From contig OZ241362.1 in the NCBI GenBank assembly GCA_965200315.1, positions 4,992,001-5,056,000 on the forward strand: a stretch of 64,000 nt of DNA, read 5' to 3'. Position numbers and translations under genes: made by a program. A model generated the notes under the pieces. It was not told where the DNA came from. It worked only from the letters and a program-made list of their open reading frames with translations, and did no database searches. The DNA is from Candidatus Latescibacterota bacterium. Lineage in GTDB: Bacteria > Latescibacterota > UBA2968 > UBA8231. Positions 50,154 through 58,737 of this stretch are shown here, in pieces (the stretch's first letter is position 1; every line of letters starts with the position of its first letter).

Positions 50154-50191
50154 TTCGCTTCTCGTTCCTAACTCGTTAGTAACTACTAGTC

Positions 50192-50232
50192 TCTGAAGGG
50201 GAGGTGTCTCGTGCATCTCCCCTTCAGATTTC
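50192..50232 (+). terminator. Hairpin followed by a short T tract (terminator/attenuator-like)
   Basis: TCTGAAGGGGAGGTG, 7-nt loop, CATCTCCCCTTCAGA (one G-U pair), then TTT. Confidence 0.6.
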
Positions 50233-50265
50233 TGCGTTAAGTCCTTCCCCGCGGGAGAAGTAAGC

Positions 50266-52254
50266 ATGGTCGCATTTAGAGGTTGCTGCGCTGCGCTTTT
50301 GTTGGCTGCCAGTAGCATTCCGGCTGCGGGATTGACCGTCTATCGGCTGGGCGGCGAGGGCTTGCCGCTGCCGCCCGAAGTGGCCAGCGGGCAAGCCGAT
50401 TTCGTTCAATTTAGCTGGGCCGAACTCGATTCCGATTTGCAGGGAACAAGCGAATCCCTGACGATTGCGCCCGACAGCATTACGCCCTTGTTCTTCTCCA
50501 CGGATTTCAATATCGCGACGACGGTCAATGATCGCGGCGGCTACCTACATACCCAGGGCTTTCAAGCGTGGATCGAAACCGATGACACCAATTTTGTAAA
50601 TGACGGCGATCCCGCGACGGCCTATTACGAGGAGAAGGGGTCCAATCGGGTGAACGTGGGGGATGATTTGCGGTTTGGCAAAACCTTGTTGTTCGACCTC
50701 GGCGGCTTGTTTGCGGTAGATCGAATCCGCTTTTTCACGCGCACTAACAACGAAGACAATTACATCGAACTCTTCCACATCTGGACCAATACGCTGACGA
50801 TTGAAGAAGCGGGAATCAGCAGCGTGGACCTCTGCACTGCTGGCAGGACGGAAAACTGTTTGGGCTTCATCAACCGGGCCCACCGCGACATCTACGACCG
50901 CAAAGACATGTATTTTGAAGCGCTGTTGGAGGTCAAAGAAAACACCCGCTCTACGGTAGAAGTGGAACTCACCGGCGAGTACATTCGCCGCGTGGTGCTG
51001 TTCGTGCCGTCGCAGCCAACGCGCGACTGGGAGATCGCCGAGTTTGAGATCTTCGCACCCGGCTATGTGCCCAACGCCTCGTATCTTTCCAACATTCTCG
51101 ATCTTGGTCAAGAGGTCACGCTAGGTGAGCTGCGCTGGTCGGGGCACAAAGACGCGGAGGCCACAGTCAACATCCGCAGCCAGAGCGGCAGCGATGACGA
51201 TCCCAATATATACTGGCGTCATACCTTCCGGGGTGAAGAGCAGGTCCAATACGACACCAAGGGCAAGCCGCTAACGATGCGCACCTACGGCCGCTTGGAA
51301 ATTTCCGAGCGCGGCAAAATCACCCGCGATGCAGCCAATTGGGATTTCTGGTCTACGACCTACGATTTCAGCGACAGTGTCGGGACGCGCTGGTCGGCGA
51401 CTAAGCCCCGGCGCTTTGTCCAGTTTGAGTTGGATTTTCAATCAAATATCGCCACGGGCAGCCGGATGAATTACGTGGAGTTCACTACGTCCCCGCCAGC
51501 GGTCACGGCGCTGGTGGGAGAAATCGATCCCTATCAGGCGGAGACGGCCCAAGTGACGGAGTTCACTTACGCCATCCGGCCTACCATTGGGCTTGAAGAC
51601 CAAGGGTTCGATCACGTAGAAATCTCGGCTAAGGGCGGGCGACTGGTGAGCATCGATGGCGTGCGGGTCGGTGGCCAAGAGGTAGCTTTTGAGCGGGTCG
51701 AAGAAGGGGCTGAGCGGCTGGTGGTAGGTGTGCCGAGGTTGAACGTGGACCACACCGAAGAGGTGGTGGAGGTGGCTTTCAGCGGCGAGATTTTTCGCTA
51801 TGGGGCGACCTTTGCCGGTCGCGTGTTCGACAGCGATACTCCACAGGAGATTTGGCAGCCGGTGCAGCCTGGCGACGCCACCGCGCTCAGGGATGGCAAT
51901 AGCCTTTCGGTGCAGGCCGTTGCGCTCGGTTCCCGGGTCCTCGGCGCACTAGACTTGGCTGGGGGCGTCTTGACGCCCAATGGCGACGGCGTCAACGACG
52001 GGTTGGACATTGCCTACGATCTGCTCAAACTGGTGGCACCGGCTCCGGTGGTGGTGGAGGTGCGGGACTTGGCCGGCGGATTGGTGCGCGGGGTGTACAA
52101 TGGTCTCGACGCGGCCGGTCGCCACCGGCGGCAGTGGGACGGTTTGGATGAGCACGGGCAGCAGGTGGCCCCCGGCGTTTACATTTGCCGCATCGAGGTA
52201 GCCACCGAGGAGGGGCGGCGGCAGCGCTCAGGGGTCGTAGCGGTCGCCTATTGA
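50266..52254 (+). CDS. Secreted protein with discoidin-like region and C-terminal TPNGDGxND/FlgD-Ig-like domain (paralog 1)
   Basis: Signal peptide; DGD..T, DLG, EIAEF, TPNGDGVND, DLAG..VR, WDG.D..G..V.PGVY. Confidence 0.75.
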   Translation: MVAFRGCCAALLLAASSIPAAGLTVYRLGGEGLPLPPEVASGQADFVQFSWAELDSDLQGTSESLTIAPDSITPLFFSTDFNIATTVNDRGGYLHTQGFQAWIETDDTNFVNDGDPATAYYEEKGSNRVNVGDDLRFGKTLLFDLGGLFAVDRIRFFTRTNNEDNYIELFHIWTNTLTIEEAGISSVDLCTAGRTENCLGFINRAHRDIYDRKDMYFEALLEVKENTRSTVEVELTGEYIRRVVLFVPSQPTRDWEIAEFEIFAPGYVPNASYLSNILDLGQEVTLGELRWSGHKDAEATVNIRSQSGSDDDPNIYWRHTFRGEEQVQYDTKGKPLTMRTYGRLEISERGKITRDAANWDFWSTTYDFSDSVGTRWSATKPRRFVQFELDFQSNIATGSRMNYVEFTTSPPAVTALVGEIDPYQAETAQVTEFTYAIRPTIGLEDQGFDHVEISAKGGRLVSIDGVRVGGQEVAFERVEEGAERLVVGVPRLNVDHTEEVVEVAFSGEIFRYGATFAGRVFDSDTPQEIWQPVQPGDATALRDGNSLSVQAVALGSRVLGALDLAGGVLTPNGDGVNDGLDIAYDLLKLVAPAPVVVEVRDLAGGLVRGVYNGLDAAGRHRRQWDGLDEHGQQVAPGVYICRIEVATEEGRRQRSGVVAVAY

Positions 52255-52280
52255 AACCGGCTAGTTCAGGAGATTGAGGT

Positions 52281-54848
52281 ATGGTTAGAGGGAAGTGCTC
52301 ACTAGCGCTGGGTTTGGGGCTTGGGTTGTGGGGGTTGGTGGAGGCGCAGAATCACGCTCTGCGCTCCGACCACGTGGTCGTAAACACCCAAAGACACTGG
52401 AGTAATTGGGCCTTCGTCGAGGGGACGCTGGATATCTCCGCTACTGGGGAGGTCGTTCCGGCCTTCGTGCCCAAAGATCACAACGCGGTAATGGACATTG
52501 TCCAACACCTGCAGCGCATCGCCGATAACGCAACCATCCTCGACGCGATCGAAGCCGGTTCCAACAAGGCGGCGGTCGCCAACCTCTTCGACGGCGACGA
52601 GACGACCTATTGGGAGCCCGATCCCGACAGCCCATTGCGGGACTGGTGGATCCAGATCGATATGGGACGATTGATCAATGCCACGCGCGTAGGGTTGCAA
52701 TTTGTGCCCGAGGGGCAGGGCGATCCCTTCCTGCAATTCGCGGTGCTGACGGCCGACAACGCCGATCAGGGCAACAAGATCGCGGGCAAGGTGCCCATGC
52801 ACTTGGTGTACCGCACCCCAAGCGACAACAAAAACCAGCGCGAGTTCGAGTTCGACCTGAGCCGAGGGGAGCTGATCGACCCCACGCCCGGCGTGGATTT
52901 TGCGGGCGACATGGTGCGCTTTGTGCAAGTCGTGGTCACCGAAAGCGATGGCGCGCGCGCCGTCGAGGTGTCGGCTGACGAATACGGGGCATTGGCCAGC
53001 CGCGACAAGGGCGACATGGTTTTCTACAAGCAGGTGGGGGAAGGGGAAGTGGAGGTCGAGGAGGCGATCTACGAGGCGATTGACCCGCAACTGCGCGGCC
53101 CGGTGCGCTACTATCGGCGGGAGCGACCGCGCTTGGCTGAGTTGGCCGTCTATGAGTTGGGCAAAAACATTTCGCAGGGCATGATCTTAGACCGCAACGG
53201 CAGCGCCGAGAGTTCCCACGATGGGTCTGTGGGCAATCTAGTGGACGGAGAAGGCACCTATCTAACCTTTAATCTCAAAGCCTTTCAGACGGGGAACGTG
53301 GAATTCGGCGAGCGCTTTCTGGAGTTCGACCTAGGCGCTTCCTACTGGCTCGACACCGTGCAGCTATGGTACAGCCTCAGCGTTGCTGGCGGCCGGCTGG
53401 CTGGAGCCAGTTTTCACCGCTACGCAATCCAGACTTCGGACGGCACGCCCGCCCCAGGTGGCGGTCAGTTGTGGCGGGTGCCCGAACAGGTCCGCGGTTT
53501 GGGTACGGCGTATGAAGTCAACACCTTTCAGCCGACGCCAGCCCGCTTTATGCGCATAGCCTATCCTTTTGCCAGCAGCGAGTCGGGACGGGAGGGAAAT
53601 AAAGCGCGCGTCCGAGAAGTGCAGATCTACGGCGAAGGGCACCATCCCGAGGTGGAGTTGGAGTCGGGGTTGATTCCATTGCAAGGGGCCAAGAGCTTGG
53701 TGTCGATTGCATGGGAGGCAGACGTGCCCCCGGGCACGTCCGTGCAAATCCAGACCCGCACCGGCAATGAGGTCGCCGAAGCGTACCGCTACTACGACAG
53801 TGGCGGCGTGGAAGTCTCGGAGGGCAAATACGCGAAGCTAGGCTTTTTCAAAAAGGGCCGGATCGACACCCTACAGGTGGCTGGCTCCGACTGGAGCAAC
53901 TGGAGCGCACCCTACGCACGTTCCGGCGACCCGATTGCCTCGCCCAGCCCGCGCCAATACCTGACCTTGCGCGCCCGGTTGACGACCCCAGATCCCCTAG
54001 AGGCAGCCAGTCTGCACTCCATCCGCTTGAACTTCAATCCGCCGGTGGCAAAACAACTGCAAGGCGAACTGGATATAGGGCTTTTTGAGCGCTTGGGGGT
54101 GCCGCAGGAGGTGTCGCTATTTGTCGAGCCGATCTTCGCGCCGCAGGATTTGGGCTTCGACGAGATCTTGGTGCGCACACCGCCAGATATGTCGCTCGAA
54201 TTCGGCGGGGTGCGCTTGGGCAGCGCGGCGCAGTGGGAAAGCGGCCAAGCCGAAGAGCTGGCCGAGGTGCAGATAGTGGAGACGCGCTCCGACTCGCTGT
54301 GGTTGCGCCTAGACCGGCTGGTAAAGCAGGGCGGGCAGGTCGATCTGATTGAGGTGCGGTTTACGACGGCGCTATTTTCCCCTGGGGTTGTGCTCCAAGC
54401 GGCACTGGGCAATTCGTCGTTGGCCAATTCGTGGCAACAGGTTGACCCAGCAGACGTGACCGAATTGGCCCAGAGCGAGGGGCTGCAAATTCTCGCTTCA
54501 GTGCAGGACAACAACGTGCTCGGCGATCTAGGCATCCAGCCGGAGGTAGTAACCCCCAACGGCGACGGGGTCAACGACGCGCTAACCGTTGATTTTACCG
54601 TGCGTCGGTTGAGTGGTGCTCGCCCGGTCAAAGTGCGGATCTACGACTTAGGCGGGCGGCTGGTGCGCCGCCTCGATACCCCAAAGCCCTTAGTGGCCGG
54701 GGAATACGTGCTCGACTGGGTAGCCGATGACGATCAGGGGCAACTAGTGCCGCCCGGAATGTACATTTTGCGCATCGACGTCGATGTGGATTCAAATCGC
54801 GACGTGCGGCAAACGGGCGTCCAGCGCTTGCTGCACGTGGCGTATTGA
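52281..54848 (+). CDS. Secreted protein with two discoidin-like regions and C-terminal TPNGDGxND/FlgD-Ig-like domain (paralog 2)
   Basis: Signal peptide; LFDGD.TTYWEP, WSNWS.PY, SPSPRQY, TPNGDGVND, IYDLGGRLVR, PPGMY. Confidence 0.75.
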   Translation: MVRGKCSLALGLGLGLWGLVEAQNHALRSDHVVVNTQRHWSNWAFVEGTLDISATGEVVPAFVPKDHNAVMDIVQHLQRIADNATILDAIEAGSNKAAVANLFDGDETTYWEPDPDSPLRDWWIQIDMGRLINATRVGLQFVPEGQGDPFLQFAVLTADNADQGNKIAGKVPMHLVYRTPSDNKNQREFEFDLSRGELIDPTPGVDFAGDMVRFVQVVVTESDGARAVEVSADEYGALASRDKGDMVFYKQVGEGEVEVEEAIYEAIDPQLRGPVRYYRRERPRLAELAVYELGKNISQGMILDRNGSAESSHDGSVGNLVDGEGTYLTFNLKAFQTGNVEFGERFLEFDLGASYWLDTVQLWYSLSVAGGRLAGASFHRYAIQTSDGTPAPGGGQLWRVPEQVRGLGTAYEVNTFQPTPARFMRIAYPFASSESGREGNKARVREVQIYGEGHHPEVELESGLIPLQGAKSLVSIAWEADVPPGTSVQIQTRTGNEVAEAYRYYDSGGVEVSEGKYAKLGFFKKGRIDTLQVAGSDWSNWSAPYARSGDPIASPSPRQYLTLRARLTTPDPLEAASLHSIRLNFNPPVAKQLQGELDIGLFERLGVPQEVSLFVEPIFAPQDLGFDEILVRTPPDMSLEFGGVRLGSAAQWESGQAEELAEVQIVETRSDSLWLRLDRLVKQGGQVDLIEVRFTTALFSPGVVLQAALGNSSLANSWQQVDPADVTELAQSEGLQILASVQDNNVLGDLGIQPEVVTPNGDGVNDALTVDFTVRRLSGARPVKVRIYDLGGRLVRRLDTPKPLVAGEYVLDWVADDDQGQLVPPGMYILRIDVDVDSNRDVRQTGVQRLLHVAY

Positions 54849-54861
54849 AAGAGAATTGGCT

Positions 54862-57060
54862 GTGTTGTATCCGCGCACAAAGGCGCTGGTATTGGTATTG
54901 TTGGCGGTGCAGAATCTGGGAGCAGAGCGTCGCACGATTGTCCTAGGCGGTGAAGACGGTTTGACGTGGGAAAGCGGCGGCGGCGCGATTGCGGCTTTGA
55001 TACAAACCGGTCCGACTGAGGTCGAGGTTAGCAACACCCCGGGCAATGTACTCGAGTTCGACGCCGATGGCCGAGTGGGATGGCTGTCGCCGCAACAGGC
55101 GGATGAGACCGTAAATATAGCCTTGGGCCTCCTCGACCGCGGCGGTCGCCTTGGAGCGCCGACCATCTTGTCGCAGGTCATAAAAGACCAGCTAATTTTT
55201 ATGATCGACGACGACCCCACGACCGCCTTTGAGCGCAAGACGGCTCGCGGAGGAAGCCAGGTCAACTCGCTTGGGGTCATCATGGATTTCGATTTAGGTG
55301 CGCGGTTTGGCGTCGAGCGGATCCAGTTTTTTCCCCGCAACGCGCACCCGAATTTCCCCGCCCCTGATTTCCCATTCCAGAACGATTTTCTGCGCGGCTT
55401 TGAACTGCTGCTCAACGACGGCAGCGAAGAAACGCAGGTGGCCAATCAGCCGGTGCTGACCACTGTCGAACTAGAGCCTGAAAACGAAGAACCGGTCGTC
55501 GAACTGACCATCCCACCGCAATACGTCCGTTACATCCGCCTGAAATCGCAGACCACCGTGGGGTTTGAGATTGCCGAATTCCGCGTGTTTGGCTCCGGTT
55601 TCGTGCCCCGCGCCGACTATCTTTCCAACATTTTCGATTTTGGCGAGGAATTGGCGCTGTGGGGGCGCATCCGCTGGGAGGAGGAACACTTCGGCACCGA
55701 ACGCCTGTCGCGCTTGCTGATCAGTTCGCGCAGCGGCTGGGACGACACGCCGTTGGAATTCACTCGCCTGCATCCAGACAGCGGGGAGGAGGTGCTGTGG
55801 CGGGCAGGCGCGGTAGCGACTACGGCGACGGGTGATGCGGTTGACTTAGACGCGATTGACGATGTTGAAGAAGCCCTCGACCTCTTCAACACCCTGCCCA
55901 TTGACGAGCGCAATCAGGTGGCGTTGACGCAGGACGAGTACGACGATTTGAGAAGTTCGGATAAGGGCGATGTGCGCGATGACTTAGTCGCTTGGAGCCG
56001 CTGGTCGCCGCCGTATAAGCTGACTGCGGGCGCTGTAAACGCCGCAAACATCGGCGGCGACGCCCGGGGCGTGCCCATCCTCTCGCCCGGCCCGCGCCGC
56101 TATTTCCAGTTGAAGGCCGAGTTCGACAGCCAAGACTTGGAAGCCGCCCGCGCATTGGGTGCGCTAGCCTTTACGGTATCCAATCCGCCGCTGACCGAGC
56201 GGATCATCAGCGAGGTCGTCCCGCGTCAAGTCGAATTGGGAGTACCGGTGTCGTTTACGTATGCCGTCTTGCCGACCAAGATGCGCCAAGGTGTGGATTT
56301 GGGTTTCGATGTTTTCGAGATCGCCACACCTGTGCGCTCTGAAGAGATCGAGACTATCGAGGTGGTGCATGCCGACGGCGAGGTGCAGACGGCGGATTTC
56401 ACGGGCGTGGGCTTGACCAATCTGCCGGTTCAGGACGACAGCGGCCTCTTTGCCGTGGAATCGGTGACTGAGCGACACCTGCGGGTGCGCTTTCCCGCAA
56501 TCACGGAAAGCGATTTGGCTGCGGGCCGCGCGGCGTTGCTCAAAATTCGCTTCAAGTGCCGCGTGCTGAGGTTTGGCACGACCTTTACCGGTACGGCTTG
56601 GAACAGCGCGACCGACGACCTCGGCCAGCGGGTTATCGGCGGCAATGCAGCCGATTTGGGGGCAGCAGATGACGATCTAATACCCATCGGGGCCGCCGAC
56701 CCAAACGACCTAGCGGTAAGGGTGCCGCTGGCCGGTGGCCGCCTGATGATTAACGTCGCAGCCCAACCGCGTGTCTTCAGTCCCAACGGAGACGGGATCA
56801 ATGACGAGACGCGCATACACTACGATCTGGTGAGGTTGGTCGATGCAGCGCCGCTTACTGTGCGCGTGTTCGATCTAGCCGGGCACCGCGTCCGCACGCT
56901 CTTTGCAGGCGAGCAAGGAGGCGGGAGTTTCTCCGCGCAGTGGGACGGCACGAATGTCGCCGGACAACAGATGCCCCCGGGCGTCTACCTCTTCCGAGTC
57001 GATTTGGCCACCGATGCCAAAGAGGAAGCGGTCGTGGGTATCGTCGAGATGGTGTATTAG
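54862..57060 (+). CDS. Secreted protein with C-terminal SPNGDGxND/FlgD-Ig-like domain (paralog 3)
   Basis: Probable GTG start with signal peptide; DLGARF, EIAEF, WSRWSPPY, SPGPRRY, FSPNGDGIND, WDG....G..MPPGVY. Confidence 0.75.
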   Translation: MLYPRTKALVLVLLAVQNLGAERRTIVLGGEDGLTWESGGGAIAALIQTGPTEVEVSNTPGNVLEFDADGRVGWLSPQQADETVNIALGLLDRGGRLGAPTILSQVIKDQLIFMIDDDPTTAFERKTARGGSQVNSLGVIMDFDLGARFGVERIQFFPRNAHPNFPAPDFPFQNDFLRGFELLLNDGSEETQVANQPVLTTVELEPENEEPVVELTIPPQYVRYIRLKSQTTVGFEIAEFRVFGSGFVPRADYLSNIFDFGEELALWGRIRWEEEHFGTERLSRLLISSRSGWDDTPLEFTRLHPDSGEEVLWRAGAVATTATGDAVDLDAIDDVEEALDLFNTLPIDERNQVALTQDEYDDLRSSDKGDVRDDLVAWSRWSPPYKLTAGAVNAANIGGDARGVPILSPGPRRYFQLKAEFDSQDLEAARALGALAFTVSNPPLTERIISEVVPRQVELGVPVSFTYAVLPTKMRQGVDLGFDVFEIATPVRSEEIETIEVVHADGEVQTADFTGVGLTNLPVQDDSGLFAVESVTERHLRVRFPAITESDLAAGRAALLKIRFKCRVLRFGTTFTGTAWNSATDDLGQRVIGGNAADLGAADDDLIPIGAADPNDLAVRVPLAGGRLMINVAAQPRVFSPNGDGINDETRIHYDLVRLVDAAPLTVRVFDLAGHRVRTLFAGEQGGGSFSAQWDGTNVAGQQMPPGVYLFRVDLATDAKEEAVVGIVEMVY

Positions 57061-57084
57061 ACCTGCCCCCAAGGAGCCTCCACG

Positions 57085-58662
57085 ATGCGCTTTTTTACTA
57101 CCGCTGGTCCGGTCAAACCCGAAAAGCACTACTGCATCCCGCCGTTGGAGCGGCTGAATTTGCCCGAGGTGCTCGCGCTGGTGCGGGACGAGAAGTATTT
57201 CGTCCTGCACGCGCCGCGTCAGACGGGCAAGACGTCGGTGTTGTTGGCGTTGCGCGATCTGCTCAACGCCGAAGGGGTCTATCGCTGCGTGTACGTCAAC
57301 GTAGAGGGCGGGCAGGCCCTGCGCGAAGATGTGGAACAGGTGACGCGCACCTTGCTGGCTGGCTTGGCCTCTCGGGCGCGGTTGACGTTGGGCGATGAGT
57401 TTTTGAGCACGATCTGGCCACGTATCCTCGCCGAGGTGGGGCCGGGGGTTGCCTTACAGGAGACATTGACGCGCTGGTCGGAAGCGGATGCCAAGCCGCT
57501 GGTGCTGCTCATCGACGAAATTGATGCCCTCATCGGCGATTCGCTGCTGTCGGTGCTGCGGCAGTTGCGCGCCGGCTACGACCTGCGGCCGAAGAGCTTT
57601 CCGCAGAGCGTGGTGCTGTGCGGGGTGCGCGACGTGCGCGACTATCGCATTCAATCGACGGCTGAGAATGCGATGATCGCCGGGGGGAGTGCGTTCAACA
57701 TTAAGGCGCGGTCGTTGCGCTTGGGCGACTTTTCGCGGGCGGAGGTGCTGGCGTTGCTCGGCCAGCACACCGAGGCGACCGGCCAAGTGTTTACGGCCGC
57801 GGCGCAAGAGACGGTTTGGCAGCAGACGCAAGGGCAGCCGTGGCTGGTCAACGCGCTGGCTGACGAAGCCTGTTTTCACGGCGCATTCGCCGAGGCGTGG
57901 CATCGTCCGGTCCGTGCCGAGGCGATAGACGCAGCGCGGGAGCAACTCATCCTGCGGCGCGAGACGCACTTGGATCAGTTGGCCGACAAGCTCAAGGAGG
58001 AGCGGGTGCGGCTGGTGGTCGAGCCGCTGCTGAGCGGCGACGAAGCCCGCTCGCTGCCATCAGACGACTTGATGTATGTCCGCGATTTGGGTCTGATTAG
58101 CACCGACGACCCGGTGAGCATCGCCAATCCGATTTACCGCGAAGTCATTCCGCGCGAACTGACCTATACCACCCAGGCGATGTTAGCCCAAGCCCCGGCT
58201 TGGTATGTGGATCGGGCCGGCGGTTTGGACCTGGGCAAGCTGCTGACGGCGTTTCAGGCATTCTTCCGCGAGCATTCTGAACACTGGGTCGAGCGGTTCC
58301 AGTACAAGGAAGCAGGTCCGCAGCTTCTGTTGCAGGCGTTTTTGCAGCGGATCGTCAACAGCGGGGGTCGCATTGAGCGCGAATACGGCCTCGGTCGGGG
58401 GCGGACGGATTTGCTGATCGTGTGGCCGCAAGGGGAGCAGATGCGCCGGGTGGTCGTCGAGTGCAAGCTGCTGCACCAGAGCTTGGAGCAGACGATTGAC
58501 GTGGGGTTGGCGCAGACGGCGGCCTACATGGACCGCTGCGCTGCCGAGGCGGGGCATCTGGTGATTTTTGACCGCCGCGCTGGTCGGCGGTGGGCGGACA
58601 AAGTGTTCCACTGCCGCCGGACAGCGTCCAGCGGAGTGAACATTGAGGTCTGGGGAATGTGA
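57085..58662 (+). CDS. AAA-type ATPase with C-terminal PD-(D/E)XK-like nuclease domain
   Basis: Walker A APRQTGKT, Walker B LLIDEID, GQPWLVN; C-terminal REY..GRGR.DL...VVECK. Confidence 0.82.
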   Translation: MRFFTTAGPVKPEKHYCIPPLERLNLPEVLALVRDEKYFVLHAPRQTGKTSVLLALRDLLNAEGVYRCVYVNVEGGQALREDVEQVTRTLLAGLASRARLTLGDEFLSTIWPRILAEVGPGVALQETLTRWSEADAKPLVLLIDEIDALIGDSLLSVLRQLRAGYDLRPKSFPQSVVLCGVRDVRDYRIQSTAENAMIAGGSAFNIKARSLRLGDFSRAEVLALLGQHTEATGQVFTAAAQETVWQQTQGQPWLVNALADEACFHGAFAEAWHRPVRAEAIDAAREQLILRRETHLDQLADKLKEERVRLVVEPLLSGDEARSLPSDDLMYVRDLGLISTDDPVSIANPIYREVIPRELTYTTQAMLAQAPAWYVDRAGGLDLGKLLTAFQAFFREHSEHWVERFQYKEAGPQLLLQAFLQRIVNSGGRIEREYGLGRGRTDLLIVWPQGEQMRRVVVECKLLHQSLEQTIDVGLAQTAAYMDRCAAEAGHLVIFDRRAGRRWADKVFHCRRTASSGVNIEVWGM

Positions 58663-58737
58663 GCAGGCGGGAGTAAGTTTTCTGGATGATTTAGGATGGC
58701 TATACACCTTCCGAATGTGTTTCTATGGAGAAACTTG

